Under the pieces are notes generated by a model that was given only the letters and a program-made list of their open reading frames with translations, was not told the origin of the DNA and made no database searches. This document shows, piece by piece, positions 20,036-30,412 of a DNA stretch of 64,000 nucleotides. The stretch covers positions 288,001 to 352,000 of the forward strand of contig CAWDTA010000004.1 of assembly GCA_963805085.1 (NCBI GenBank), written 5' to 3'. The stretch's first letter is position 1. The number at the start of each line of letters is the position of its first letter. Origin of the DNA: an uncultured Veillonellaceae bacterium (GTDB lineage: Bacteria; Bacillota; Negativicutes; JARBTT01). The position numbers and the translations under genes are program-made.

Positions 20036-21360
20036 TTTACGATATCCTCCTGCAAGAACTCCGGTTGTACTTTGAAAGGCATATCAAACAGAGAAAGCTG
20101 GTCTATTGCTTCCCGCTGGGAGAACTTCATTTGATACTCTTTTCGCGTTTTCTCTGACATTAACGATTGTAATATTGCATTTTCCGTGATTTTGAAGGAT
20201 TCATCTTTTTTACCTTTACAAGTAATAAAATATTGCGCCCGTTTAAGAACAATCCCGAGCTTTTTGAGACTTTCAAAGCTGAGTGTAGTCATACGCCTAG
20301 CAGTGACAATTCGCTTGGCACTATTTACACCGATTCCTGGAACCCGTAGTAAATCACTGTAAGGAGCCCGATTTACATCCATCGGAAAAAAGTCCAAATG
20401 ATGAAGTGCCCAATTACACTTAGGATCTACATAAGGGTTAAAACTTTGATTCTGTTCATCTAATAGTTCATTTGCCGCAAAACCATAAAACCGCAGTAGC
20501 CAGTCCGCCTGATACAGTCGATGTTCACGCCAAAGCGGCGGCTCAGTATCAATCGTTGGCAAAAAAGAATTTTCTATCACTGGCATATAGGCAGAAAAGA
20601 AAACACGTTTCAGCTTATATTTCTTATAGAGTCCTTCTGTTAAGTTTAAAATTTGCAAATCTGTATCTGGTGTTGCGCCGATAATCATTTGCGTACTTTG
20701 TCCCGCCGGAACAAACTTAGGCGCATGCTTGTACTTTACGAGATCCATGGAGTTTTCTTGGATACGATTTTGAATATAGCGCATTGGTGTCAAAATCGAA
20801 TGCTTTGATTTATCGGGAGCCAGTAGTTTTAAACTATCTTGCGATGGCAGTTCAATATTTACGCTCATACGATCGGCGAGCATTCCCAATCTTGAGACGA
20901 GTGCACTATCCGCCCCAGGAATGGCTTTCGCATGAATATAACCAAAAAATCGATACTCTTCTCTCAAGATACGCAGCGTTTCAATCATTTGTTCACAGGT
21001 ATAATCAGGATTTTTCAACACACCAGAACTTAAAAATAAACCTTCAATATAATTTCGCCTGTAAAAATTGATCGTCAAATCAGCCAATTCACGTGGAGTA
21101 AAAGCAGCGCGCGGGGTGTCATTAGAGTGACGATTTACACAATATTTACAATCATAGGCACAAACATTGGTCATGAGCACTTTTAATAAAGAAATACACC
21201 GTCCATCTGCTGCAAAGCTATGACAGATTCCACAAGCTGCTGCACTGCCGATCCCCCCGATTGGTGTCTTTTTATTTACACCACTAGAAGTGCAAGCCAC
21301 ATCATATTTCGCCGCGTCCGTCAAGATTTTTAACTTTTCGAAGACATCCACCTTCATCAA
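20014..21360 (-). CDS. Putative DNA modification/repair radical SAM protein with HhH motif (TIGR03916)
   Basis: AAKYDVACTSSG, CAYDCKYC (CxxxCxxC), REHRLYQADWLLRFYGF, LLRVPGIG. Confidence 0.93.
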   Translation of the reverse strand: MMKVDVFEKLKILTDAAKYDVACTSSGVNKKTPIGGIGSAAACGICHSFAADGRCISLLKVLMTNVCAYDCKYCVNRHSNDTPRAAFTPRELADLTINFYRRNYIEGLFLSSGVLKNPDYTCEQMIETLRILREEYRFFGYIHAKAIPGADSALVSRLGMLADRMSVNIELPSQDSLKLLAPDKSKHSILTPMRYIQNRIQENSMDLVKYKHAPKFVPAGQSTQMIIGATPDTDLQILNLTEGLYKKYKLKRVFFSAYMPVIENSFLPTIDTEPPLWREHRLYQADWLLRFYGFAANELLDEQNQSFNPYVDPKCNWALHHLDFFPMDVNRAPYSDLLRVPGIGVNSAKRIVTARRMTTLSFESLKKLGIVLKRAQYFITCKGKKDESFKITENAILQSLMSEKTRKEYQMKFSQREAIDQLSLFDMPFKVQPEFLQEDIVKCLQQQM

Positions 21361-21379
21361 CTCCCCTTACTCTGTCCTT

Positions 21380-21409
21380 ATTATATTTCAGAACACACGT
21401 TCTTGTAAA
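21380..21409 (-). promoter_or_regulatory. SigA promoter with a Gram-positive LexA (SOS) box in the spacer
   Basis: Minus strand TTTACA-18 nt-TATAAT; the spacer contains GAAC-N4-GTTC (21391-21402). Confidence 0.8.
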
Positions 21410-21502
21410 GAGGGGTAAAAAAAACTTATTCACCAATAAAAATGAATGATAAATAAGTCTTTATACACAACATTATTTTAATATAACCAAATAGATATTT
21501 GG

Positions 21503-22171
21503 TTACGCTTGATAAATTTCACAAGATTCTACAACTATGTTCGGGGCAAATAATCGAATGTTCGCAATAATTTCATTAAAATGTTCTTCTATCAAATATT
21601 TCTTAATGCCCGCAGGAGCATACACGACAAACATACACGTCTTTGTATTTTCTGTTATTCTTGTCCTATTATCGGGGCCGCATAAAATACTTGAAATAAT
21701 CCCTTGACCATCCTGTATCATCATATCATGAACTTTTGTTACCTGCTCTTTGCCACCAATTCCAATATACCTTTCATCGCTTTTTGCAATGTCGATTTTT
21801 AGTGGCACTTTTAATTTGTCTACATCAAGACCAGCCGTTAAAAGTCCATTTTTCAGTTCAGCCATAAACATTGCCTCTACCAACGCCGCAACACAAGGAA
21901 CTGTCTTTCCTTTAAAAATGATTGATTCCATCTGCGCTACTACATGATATGTTTTTTTATAGTGCTTATAATATGTACTATACCTTTGTATGGAATCATC
22001 AGCTAATAAATCAGCCTTCGTTGTGAATTTTGACTGAAGAAAACTGATTAGCTCAGCTTTTTTTCTTTGCAACGCGTCACTATGTTTAGGATTACTAACT
22101 TTATTTACTATCATTATGCCTACACTTGCGCCAGGATACTGTATTCTCCAGTTATCTTCTATTATTACCAT
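21503..22171 (-). CDS. B3/B4 (PheRS beta-like) tRNA-editing domain protein
   Basis: ALVEAMFMAELKNGLLTAGLD, GIISSILCGPDNRTRIT; start refined to 22171. Confidence 0.8.
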   Translation of the reverse strand: MVIIEDNWRIQYPGASVGIMIVNKVSNPKHSDALQRKKAELISFLQSKFTTKADLLADDSIQRYSTYYKHYKKTYHVVAQMESIIFKGKTVPCVAALVEAMFMAELKNGLLTAGLDVDKLKVPLKIDIAKSDERYIGIGGKEQVTKVHDMMIQDGQGIISSILCGPDNRTRITENTKTCMFVVYAPAGIKKYLIEEHFNEIIANIRLFAPNIVVESCEIYQA

Positions 22172-22205
22172 AAAAAAGCCCTCCATAAAACTACATTTAA
22201 CAAGC

Positions 22206-22769
22206 TTATTCTTTCTTAACCATCTTCTGTCCAATCAAAAAAGCATGATCCAACAAGTCTTTTCGCTCAGAAATTTCACCTTTCTTACTTATTCCTTTTG
22301 CTATCACCTTATCTGATAAATTCATCTCTAAATACTTCAAACTTCTTTCAAAAAACTCTACTACTGGAATAACCGTTTCCATCGTTTTATCTTCAAAAGG
22401 AATAGCAATTACTACATTTTTTCCTTTCACCTTTACTCGATTCTGTTCACAATTATAATAAACAAAGCGATCTATAAATCCTTTCATCAATGCGCTTACA
22501 TTGTACCAATATACAGGCGTCCCCAAGACCAAAGTATCTGCTTGATTAATCTTTTGATAAATCTTGTTCATATCATCACGCTTACTACATTCACTGCCAT
22601 GCCAGCAAGCATAACAGCCATCACATTGTCTGATTGATAGTTCTCCTAAAAAAATAGTTTCTACTGTAGCCCCCTGTTGTTTGGCACCTTCTAAAATCTT
22701 AGAAACCAGAATATGCGTATTCCCATTTTTACGAGGACTTCCTACAATTCCTACTACGTTACTCATCAT
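22206..22769 (-). CDS. Flavodoxin-fold iron-sulfur flavoprotein / NAD(P)H-dependent FMN reductase
   Basis: GSPRKNGNT, CDGCYAC...C, GTPVYW. Confidence 0.9.
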   Translation of the reverse strand: MMSNVVGIVGSPRKNGNTHILVSKILEGAKQQGATVETIFLGELSIRQCDGCYACWHGSECSKRDDMNKIYQKINQADTLVLGTPVYWYNVSALMKGFIDRFVYYNCEQNRVKVKGKNVVIAIPFEDKTMETVIPVVEFFERSLKYLEMNLSDKVIAKGISKKGEISERKDLLDHAFLIGQKMVKKE

Positions 22770-22835
22770 GCACCTCATCCTATTTACTTACCATGCTTTT
22801 TATATTAAAATTAGCATGAAAAATTGATTCTGTGT

Positions 22836-22871
22836 AGTACCAATTTAGAGCGATATTTTTAGTACCAATTT
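22836..22871. promoter_or_regulatory. Candidate MocR operator (11-bp direct repeat)
   Basis: AGTACCAATTT at 22836 and 22861, between divergent genes. Confidence 0.6.
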
Positions 22872-22890
22872 TATTGAGGTGTAATATGCG

Positions 22891-24300
22891 ATGTGTGGTA
22901 TAAAAATTAATAGAACATCTGATTTATCGATTACCAAACAGCTTTATCGACAAATTCGAAAAAACATACTTGAAGAGCACCTCCACGAAGGTGATCGACT
23001 CCCAGCGACTAGAAAGTTTGCTTCAGCTCTTGGTATATCGAGAAATATCGTATTAGAAGCTTATGAACAACTAAAAATGGAAGGATTTGTCCAAAGTCAT
23101 CAGGGTTCCTATACGTCTGTAGCTTCTGGTGCAGCCCTAAAACAACCGATATTAGAACTACCTTCAGAAAACAATTTTATTGAAACTGCAATAGCTGAGG
23201 ATATCATTGATTTTCGCCATGGCATTCCTGCTTTAGATTTATTTCCCAGAAAAGCATGGAACAAAGCCATTACGCAGGTACTATTAGATATTCCTGCTTC
23301 AAATTTTGACTATAACGATTTAGCTGGCTGCCCTAAATTACGAACTTCAATAGCCACTTATTTATTTAAAACAAGAGGAATTTTATGCACGCCTAAGCAA
23401 ATTATCATCACCTCAGGATCAACACAGGCCTTTACATTAATTACGCAATTACTACTTTCAAACAACCGTAAGGTCATTGTTGAAGATCCTCTGAATGATC
23501 AACTGCAAAAATATTTAGGCAAATTAGGTTGTGACTTACATGCAATTCCGGTTGATGAGCAAGGATTGCAAACTAGCTTTCTAATAAAGCAAACTCCTCC
23601 TAGTTTCACTCTAATTACACCTTCTCAACAATTTCCTACGGGTGGAATACTGCCTATTCAACGTCGGATTGAACTGATACACTTTGCAAGAAAAACAAAA
23701 TCTTATATTGTAGAAGATGACTATGAAAATGAATTTACTTATGAAGGAAGCTATATTAGCTCACTCCAAGAACTTGCCCCAGAAGAGGTTATTTATGTAG
23801 GTACCTTTAGCAAAACATTAATTCCCACATTAAGACTAGGATACATTGTTTTGCCAAGTCACCTTATCGAAAAATTTTATCAACTTGATTGGCACGCTAC
23901 CCAACAGCCATCCGCCATTGAACAATTAGCCTTAGCAGCTTTTATTGATACTGGTCAATTGCAACGTCACATCAATAGAATGAAGAAAATTTATCAAAAA
24001 AGGCGTTGCAAAGTCATCCTTGAACTAAAGCGTCATTTTTCAGACGACGTAAACTTCATGAGCACGCCATCGGGGCTACATCTAACGGTTCAATTTAAAA
24101 ATATAAATTTTTCTCCTGAGCTCTTAGAAACTATTAAAAGCTATCGCGTTCATATATATTCTGTCCAACAGCACGTCATTGATAAAAATAATAAAGATTT
24201 ATTAAATCAAGTTATTTTCGGTTATGGAAACCTCAATGAAGCTGAAATTGCCGAAGGAATACAACGATTGAAAGTAGCACTTAATCAAATTGATTCATGA
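22891..24300 (+). CDS. MocR/PdxR-family regulator
   Basis: RLPATRKFASALGISRN HTH; VEDDYENEF; GTFSKTLIPTLRLGY. Confidence 0.92.
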   Translation: MCGIKINRTSDLSITKQLYRQIRKNILEEHLHEGDRLPATRKFASALGISRNIVLEAYEQLKMEGFVQSHQGSYTSVASGAALKQPILELPSENNFIETAIAEDIIDFRHGIPALDLFPRKAWNKAITQVLLDIPASNFDYNDLAGCPKLRTSIATYLFKTRGILCTPKQIIITSGSTQAFTLITQLLLSNNRKVIVEDPLNDQLQKYLGKLGCDLHAIPVDEQGLQTSFLIKQTPPSFTLITPSQQFPTGGILPIQRRIELIHFARKTKSYIVEDDYENEFTYEGSYISSLQELAPEEVIYVGTFSKTLIPTLRLGYIVLPSHLIEKFYQLDWHATQQPSAIEQLALAAFIDTGQLQRHINRMKKIYQKRRCKVILELKRHFSDDVNFMSTPSGLHLTVQFKNINFSPELLETIKSYRVHIYSVQQHVIDKNNKDLLNQVIFGYGNLNEAEIAEGIQRLKVALNQIDS

Positions 24301-24414
24301 TGCTCACTAGCTTACACAAATCATCAAACATAAATTTTATTTCTCTATGTAAAACAAAAAAATCTCTATCACCGGAAGTTAACGCATTTCCGATAATAGA
24401 GACTTTTTATTGTT

Positions 24415-24678
24415 TTACTTTTTTTTCTCAATTCGAATGGCACAATCGGGACAAACCATTTGACACATCCCACAAACAATACAACCTTCCATTCTAGGTT
24501 CAACTCGCGGCGTTCCGTATACGCCAAGTTCACTCGACCATTGAATTACTTTGGTAGGACATTTTTGTATGCATAGGCCACAACCTTTACATAAGCCGGG
24601 GAATCCTAGCCAAATTCCTTTATCATTATCATAACGTACCGATTTCCATTCAGTTTTAACTGCTTCTGCTTTACCCAT
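24415..24678 (-). CDS. 2x[4Fe-4S] ferredoxin (oxidoreductase delta subunit)
   Basis: CKGCGLCIQKCP and CIVCGMCQMVCP. Confidence 0.92.
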   Translation of the reverse strand: MGKAEAVKTEWKSVRYDNDKGIWLGFPGLCKGCGLCIQKCPTKVIQWSSELGVYGTPRVEPRMEGCIVCGMCQMVCPDCAIRIEKKK

Positions 24679-25405
24679 TTTTTTCTCCTTTTAACAAACC
24701 TTCCACCAATTGATAGCCCCGCATAAGAGCTTTTTTGTTTAACTCTCTGAGTTTAGGGTCTTTCTTGAATTTGTCCTTAAGCTTTTCTTCTAATGCTTTT
24801 TCAATCGCTGCAAGCGGCAATATTTGCGTAACCGCAATAACTGCACCAAGGATCATAATATTAAATACGCGGGGGCTCAGCTCATTTTTTGCAATATCAT
24901 TGGCTGGAATCGCTACTATTTTTTTCACATTTTGAGGAATGTCTTTGACATTGGCCTCATTTTTTTTATAATATCCAGCACTTTTGTTATCACCGACATC
25001 TTCTTCTTCTATTTTTACTTCTGGCTGATCAGTAGGACAAGGAGGTGTGCTTTCGAAATACTGCAGACCAATAATTTGGTCATTCACATGCGAAGCTTCA
25101 ATTAAAGAGTTATCATAAACATAAATCGTATTCTCTCCAGCATGATGCTTTGTTTTCGCTATCGCCCTCGAACTTAGGGCAATTAAAATATCGGCCAATT
25201 CAAACTTAGGCGCACCGATTTTATTTCCACTTTCTGTTATCTGCAAATAAGCCATTGAGATACCGCCGCGTTGCTCAACACCAAAGTTTGGAATATACAA
25301 TGCTTCTTTTCCTTCTTCATTGGCGGCTTCAGCAAGGATTTCAGCAATCGACTGAATACCTTGCCCGCCTTCGCCAGCAAGTAATATTTTAAGTATGGTG
25401 TGCAT
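24671..25405 (-). CDS. 2-oxoacid:ferredoxin oxidoreductase gamma subunit
   Basis: AGEGGQG, FGVEQRGG, NIMILGA. Confidence 0.9.
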   Translation of the reverse strand: MHTILKILLAGEGGQGIQSIAEILAEAANEEGKEALYIPNFGVEQRGGISMAYLQITESGNKIGAPKFELADILIALSSRAIAKTKHHAGENTIYVYDNSLIEASHVNDQIIGLQYFESTPPCPTDQPEVKIEEEDVGDNKSAGYYKKNEANVKDIPQNVKKIVAIPANDIAKNELSPRVFNIMILGAVIAVTQILPLAAIEKALEEKLKDKFKKDPKLRELNKKALMRGYQLVEGLLKGEKNG

Positions 25406-26177
25406 TTTCTTCCTCCTTAGCTGTTGGAACCTTAATTTCTCCTACTTTAAAATAAGAGGCCATGTCTTTCTCAATAAACTGCCAAGTCTTTTCTGCATTG
25501 GTTCGCCAATTGGTAGGGCAAGAAGATAGTGCTTCAATAAAAGATATCCCTCGTCCAGCCATTTGATTTTCAATTCCCTTACGGATAAATTTTGTTAACT
25601 GTTTTATATTCGCGATAGTTCCTCTTGCTATATAGGCTCCCTCCTGGCTGATCGCCGCAACCATCTCTGGTCCAAGGATTGGTTTACCAACCGACTCAAC
25701 ATCTTTTCCATAGGGGCTAGTTTCGGTAATTTGCCCTGCAAGTGTCGTTGGTGCCATTTGTCCACCCGTCATGGCATAATTTACATTGTTAACCAATATG
25801 ATTGTAACTTTTTCATTACGAACGGCGGCATTGACTAAATGCTGGCTACCAATCGCATACCCACCGCCATCCCCCATATAAGCAATTCCGATAATTTCAG
25901 GAGTTGCCCGCTTAGCTCCAGCGATAAATGGTGTTGTTCTGCCATGATGCGTTTGCACACAATCTGCATTGAAGAAATTCCAGCTTAGTAGACTACAACC
26001 AATATCACAGCCGTAAACAACTTGATCTGCGATCTTGAGTTCATCAATTGCCTGTCCAAGACATTTTAGCACGATGCCGTGACCACAGCCTGGACAAAAA
26101 TTGTGTGGTTTTGTCGTTTCTAACCAAGAGCTAGGAAACGCTGGTTGAAAATATTCTCCTACTTTTAAATTTTGCAT
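25389..26177 (-). CDS. 2-oxoacid:ferredoxin oxidoreductase beta subunit (TPP-binding)
   Basis: FCPGCGHG, DIGCS, HGR, GDGG...NN, MTGGQMAPTT. Confidence 0.93.
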   Translation of the reverse strand: MQNLKVGEYFQPAFPSSWLETTKPHNFCPGCGHGIVLKCLGQAIDELKIADQVVYGCDIGCSLLSWNFFNADCVQTHHGRTTPFIAGAKRATPEIIGIAYMGDGGGYAIGSQHLVNAAVRNEKVTIILVNNVNYAMTGGQMAPTTLAGQITETSPYGKDVESVGKPILGPEMVAAISQEGAYIARGTIANIKQLTKFIRKGIENQMAGRGISFIEALSSCPTNWRTNAEKTWQFIEKDMASYFKVGEIKVPTAKEEENAHHT

Positions 26178-26181
26178 GTGA

Positions 26182-27264
26182 TCACCCTTTCTTCGGAAGT
26201 ATTTTTGCTGTTTCTCGATATACTTCTTCCGTTGTTATGCCGAGTCCCGGTCGAAATACAGTTGTAATTGGTATTGTAAGACCATATAAAGCCTCTGTTA
26301 CCATTTTGTAAAGCTGTCCTTGCGCTGATTCAAAAAGAATTAGTTGCTTCGCCTTAGCTACAGCTTTACGAATTTGTTCTACTGGAAAAGGACGAACTGT
26401 AATTGGTCGAAAATATCCCACTTTTTTTCCTTCTTCTTGAAACATCGTACAAGCAGACATACAAGAACGACTAACGATTCCATGACTGATTACAATCGTA
26501 TCAGCAGTTTCACACCATTGTGCATCCCATTCCACGATCTGAAGCGCCATACTTTCATAATCTTTGATATGTTCTTGCAGCAGTTCATATAATTCTTCTT
26601 CCGTATTATAAGTATTTCGGTAATGTTTGTAGCCTTCGGTAGCAGCCTGCCCTACAAGTGGATAGGCTGGCACAAATTCCATTTGTTCTTGCTCGGGATC
26701 GTAAACCATCAGTGATTCACGCATTTTACCTTGATAGCCATCACCAAGAACATAGGTAGGAAAACGATATTTCCATGCAACGTTAAAAGATTTGATCGTG
26801 TAATCAAAAAGCTCTTGGTGACTTGCCGTTGAATATACCACACGAAATCCTTCGCCATTGCCACCAAAGGCTGTTAATGTTGTTTCTTGTTGTCCATAAA
26901 TAACCGTGGCTGTAGAAGGTCCACCCCGTTGCTGAATGATAAATACAATCGGAATTCTCATCATTTCCGCCATGGCCATTGGTTCCTGCATCAATACATT
27001 ACCAGGTCCAGCTGTACTGGTAAAAGCTCTTTTTCCTGTCATTGCTGCACCTAAAGTATAATAGCCAGCTGAAAGTTCATCTTCCGTTTGTAAAAATAAT
27101 TTGTGATGTTCACTAGCAAACTTTACCCAATACTGCATAACTTCTGTCTGGGGGGTAATGGGATAACCAAATAAAGCATCCGCTTTTGCCGCAATTGCAG
27201 CACGAGCGATCGCTTCATTGCCAGTGATAAACATTCGTTTTCTCGCTAACATTGTATCAGACAT
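26182..27264 (-). CDS. 2-oxoacid:ferredoxin oxidoreductase alpha subunit
   Basis: GNEAIA, GYPITPQTE, QTEDELSA, QRGGPST. Confidence 0.93.
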   Translation of the reverse strand: MSDTMLARKRMFITGNEAIARAAIAAKADALFGYPITPQTEVMQYWVKFASEHHKLFLQTEDELSAGYYTLGAAMTGKRAFTSTAGPGNVLMQEPMAMAEMMRIPIVFIIQQRGGPSTATVIYGQQETTLTAFGGNGEGFRVVYSTASHQELFDYTIKSFNVAWKYRFPTYVLGDGYQGKMRESLMVYDPEQEQMEFVPAYPLVGQAATEGYKHYRNTYNTEEELYELLQEHIKDYESMALQIVEWDAQWCETADTIVISHGIVSRSCMSACTMFQEEGKKVGYFRPITVRPFPVEQIRKAVAKAKQLILFESAQGQLYKMVTEALYGLTIPITTVFRPGLGITTEEVYRETAKILPKKG

Positions 27265-27449
27265 ATTTTGCCTCCCTCTAGTAATTCGCTTTTCAAAAGC
27301 ACCGCTTCATCTTATTGTTCCTAAAAATTGTTACTATATTCTAGGATCAACAAGCTTTTGCCATTGTTTTGTCATTGCTAGAATAAAAAAAGCGTTATCT
27401 ATCTTCGCAAAGATAAACAACGCTTTTTACCATACTTTTACTGAGTATA

Positions 27450-27833
27450 CTATTTTTTTATCGAAAGATGATCTTTTTGAATCGTTTTGCACAGACGTGA
27501 AAACGTCCAAAACATATTATAAGGGGTCACTATCGCTTTTAAGGCAATCTTTTCAATATTCTCTGCCTTAAAATTTAATAGTATCTCATTCATGCGCTTA
27601 TTGTTAATTCCCTGCATCACCATCACTTCTTGATCAAACAGCTCAGCAGGTTCTTCACCTACCGTTTCTTTAAAACTAGGCATTTCTACTAAGTAGCCGA
27701 CTTTTTGCGACATCATTTCCCCGGAAATACTTTTGGTTTTAATCTTCATACGCTTTAAGATTGTTTTTATTCTAGCTTCTCTTTCTTCATCGGTAAAATG
27801 ATACAAAAGAATTAATTCTTCTACTTTTTTCAT
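27450..27833 (-). CDS. DUF3783-like protein
   Basis: Pattern QKVGYLV...KAIVTPYNMFWTF. Confidence 0.75.
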   Translation of the reverse strand: MKKVEELILLYHFTDEEREARIKTILKRMKIKTKSISGEMMSQKVGYLVEMPSFKETVGEEPAELFDQEVMVMQGINNKRMNEILLNFKAENIEKIALKAIVTPYNMFWTFSRLCKTIQKDHLSIKK

Positions 27834-27938
27834 TTTTAAAATGCCTCTATTCTTTATTTTCATTATATATACTTCAACAAATGTAAAAAAAAAGCACCCG
27901 CCTTTCCAGCCAAGTGCTATATATTGATTTTTATCATC

Positions 27939-28511
27939 CTAACGTTTCTTATCTGCATTAGATTTTGCTGTTTGTTCAGAGATAAATTGCATGAAACGAT
28001 TTTTTTGCACCTGAATAAATTGCGTAACATTCTCTATGATTGGTGCATTTTCAGTAAGTATAGCTTGTAATTTACCTTCCCCGCTTGCTTTCATACTTTC
28101 CGTAGTTGAAGTAACCTTTTTGATTCCTTTTTCTGCGTTATCCAATGATTGTGTGACAACTTCTTTCTTCACTGCTACTTCATTCAGATAATTTTCTACT
28201 TTGGTTTTTACCTCACCTAGTTCTAGTAAGTCCGTCTTAGCAGTTTCTTTCTGCTGCACTACCATCTGCTTTTTATGCATTCGTTCATTTTCAGCGATAT
28301 CTTGTTTATCATGATAGTAGGACAATGTAAAATAGCCAATCACGAATGCAAGAATAAATACGCCCCCCATAATCGCCAACCATTTCTTCTTCGCTCTTGG
28401 GTTTAACGCTTTGCCTCGTTCTTTTCTCATAAAAGCATCCAGTTCCGGATTTCTCTGCGTGATCTCCAGTTTTTCCATTTTTACCGTTTTATCATCCACC
28501 ATCAACATCAC
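27939..28511 (-). CDS. Hypothetical single-pass membrane protein with coiled coil
   Basis: TM segment WLAIMGGVFILAFVIGYFTL followed by a helical C-terminus. Confidence 0.7.
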   Translation of the reverse strand: MMLMVDDKTVKMEKLEITQRNPELDAFMRKERGKALNPRAKKKWLAIMGGVFILAFVIGYFTLSYYHDKQDIAENERMHKKQMVVQQKETAKTDLLELGEVKTKVENYLNEVAVKKEVVTQSLDNAEKGIKKVTSTTESMKASGEGKLQAILTENAPIIENVTQFIQVQKNRFMQFISEQTAKSNADKKR

Positions 28512-28669
28512 AAATCACTCCAAAACAATTCTGTACCTATTAACAAGCTATATTTTACACTAAAAAAGCCCCGCTTGCCAAACTTTCCTGACAAAAATCT
28601 ATCGCCTATCTAACTCATTACATTCTCGATGAATAACTACGTTTACTTGCTAATGCAAATACCTGAATT

Positions 28670-29221
28670 TTAAATCAAGTAGTAGTTGATTATGGTCATC
28701 CTTAATAAAGTGTCCTTTTGATTAAAATAAACATGTTTTTGCATAGAATCAAATACGATAGAATCACCTGCATTCAAAACATATTGTGTCATACCAATGG
28801 TCAATGTCAACTGTCCCTCATCAATCAAAATATATTCTTGGGCTTTTTCTCCATGCGGAACTGATTCATAAACCGTATGGGGATCTACCTCCACACTAAA
28901 AAGTTCAAAATTGCGATTGGTATGATTGGTAAAATAACAAAGAAGCCGATATTTTCCGTCTACCGCACTTTGCAGTTTTGCATCTTCTTTTCTAATGCAA
29001 ATATTCGTTTCCATCGGTTCATCGATCAGTGCCGTATAAGGAACTTTTAGTCCAGCAGCTATTTTCCAAATCGTATTGATCGTGGGGTTCGATTCACCAC
29101 GTTCAATTTGTCCTAGCATAACTTTGCTAACTCCGCATAGGTCTGAAAGTTTTCCCAAACTGAACTTTCGATCTGATCTCAGTCTTTTTAAATTAGCCGC
29201 AATAATCGTATTTAAATTCAT
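28670..29221 (-). CDS. XRE-family HTH plus cupin regulator (SutR/PuuR-like)
   Basis: GVSKVMLGQIERGESNPTINTIWKIA; C-terminal cupin; divergent from azlCD. Confidence 0.9.
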   Translation of the reverse strand: MNLNTIIAANLKRLRSDRKFSLGKLSDLCGVSKVMLGQIERGESNPTINTIWKIAAGLKVPYTALIDEPMETNICIRKEDAKLQSAVDGKYRLLCYFTNHTNRNFELFSVEVDPHTVYESVPHGEKAQEYILIDEGQLTLTIGMTQYVLNAGDSIVFDSMQKHVYFNQKDTLLRMTIINYYLI

Positions 29222-29357
29222 AAAAATCTCCTTGACAACTATAAAGTACAAAAGTAAAATATAACTTACGAAGATACTCTATAATACTACCATTTTACAT
29301 TATAAAGTACGCTTTTATTTTACAACGCTACTTATAACTTAGCAAGGGGGACGAAGT

Positions 29358-30092
29358 ATGGAAGCACAAAGACAATACATAACTTCTAACAAAAAACAAA
29401 ACAAATCCACTTACAATGATTTTTTTCAAGGTGTACAGGATTGCGTACCAACTATTTTCGGTTATTTAAGTATCGGTTTTACTTGTGGCGTGGTAAGTAA
29501 GTCTTGCGGTTTAACCTTTTGGGAAACGATTGGCATGAGCACCTTTATCTATGCAGGTTCTTCGCAATTTATTGCCGCCAGTATGATTTTATCTGCGATC
29601 TCAGCACCGAGCATTATTTTCACCATTTTTTTAGTGAATTTACGACATTTATTTATGAGTGCGGCCTTGGCACCTTATTTTCAAAGAAATTCATTCTGGC
29701 GGAATTTCTTTATAGGAACTCTATTGACGGATGAAACCTTTGTAGTTGCATCTTCAGAAGGCACGAAAAATAATCAGCTAAATTATGCTTGGATGATGGG
29801 ATTAAATATTACCGCCTATCTTAATTGGATTTTAGCAACGGGATTTGGTGTTTTATTTGGAAACCTAATACCAAATTACGAAGTCTTTGGTTTAGACTTT
29901 GCTCTCACAGCGATGTTTATTGGATTATTAGCTTCCTCAATAAAAACTAATATTGTGTTAAGGAAAAGTTTAATGATCATTTTTTCTGCCATTCTCATTT
30001 TGTTGATAAGTACACCTTTCGTATCCTCTAATACAGGTGTACTTTTGGCAGCAATAGGCGGAGCCTTCATCGGGACGGTGATAAAAAAATGA
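29358..30092 (+). CDS. azlC: AzlC-family branched-chain amino-acid exporter
   Basis: YAGSSQF, LVNLRH, LTDETF, GLDFALTAMFI. Confidence 0.9.
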   Translation: MEAQRQYITSNKKQNKSTYNDFFQGVQDCVPTIFGYLSIGFTCGVVSKSCGLTFWETIGMSTFIYAGSSQFIAASMILSAISAPSIIFTIFLVNLRHLFMSAALAPYFQRNSFWRNFFIGTLLTDETFVVASSEGTKNNQLNYAWMMGLNITAYLNWILATGFGVLFGNLIPNYEVFGLDFALTAMFIGLLASSIKTNIVLRKSLMIIFSAILILLISTPFVSSNTGVLLAAIGGAFIGTVIKK

Positions 30093-30412
30093 ATATCTAT
30101 GTATGGACGATTATTCTAGGTGGTTGTCTCGTGACAATAATACCAAGGGTGTTACCTATTACTTTATTATCTAAAGTGACACTAAACGAAAAGCTCGCTG
30201 ATTTTTTAACATATTTACCTATATCCATATTATCTGCTTTAATCGCAGTAGAATTATTGATCGTTGATAATCACATCGCATTTTTTGAAAATGCAATAAA
30301 ACTATTAGCTACACTGCCAACATTGTTTATCGCTATTAAAAAAAATAATTTACTATTGACTGTCTTAACTGGAATCATAACGCTGGCTGTATTAAGATTT
30401 ATATCTTGTTAA
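30089..30412 (+). CDS. azlD: AzlD-family small membrane partner
   Basis: VTIIPRVLP...YLPISILSAL; coupled to azlC by an ATGA overlap. Confidence 0.88.
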   Translation: MNIYVWTIILGGCLVTIIPRVLPITLLSKVTLNEKLADFLTYLPISILSALIAVELLIVDNHIAFFENAIKLLATLPTLFIAIKKNNLLLTVLTGIITLAVLRFISC

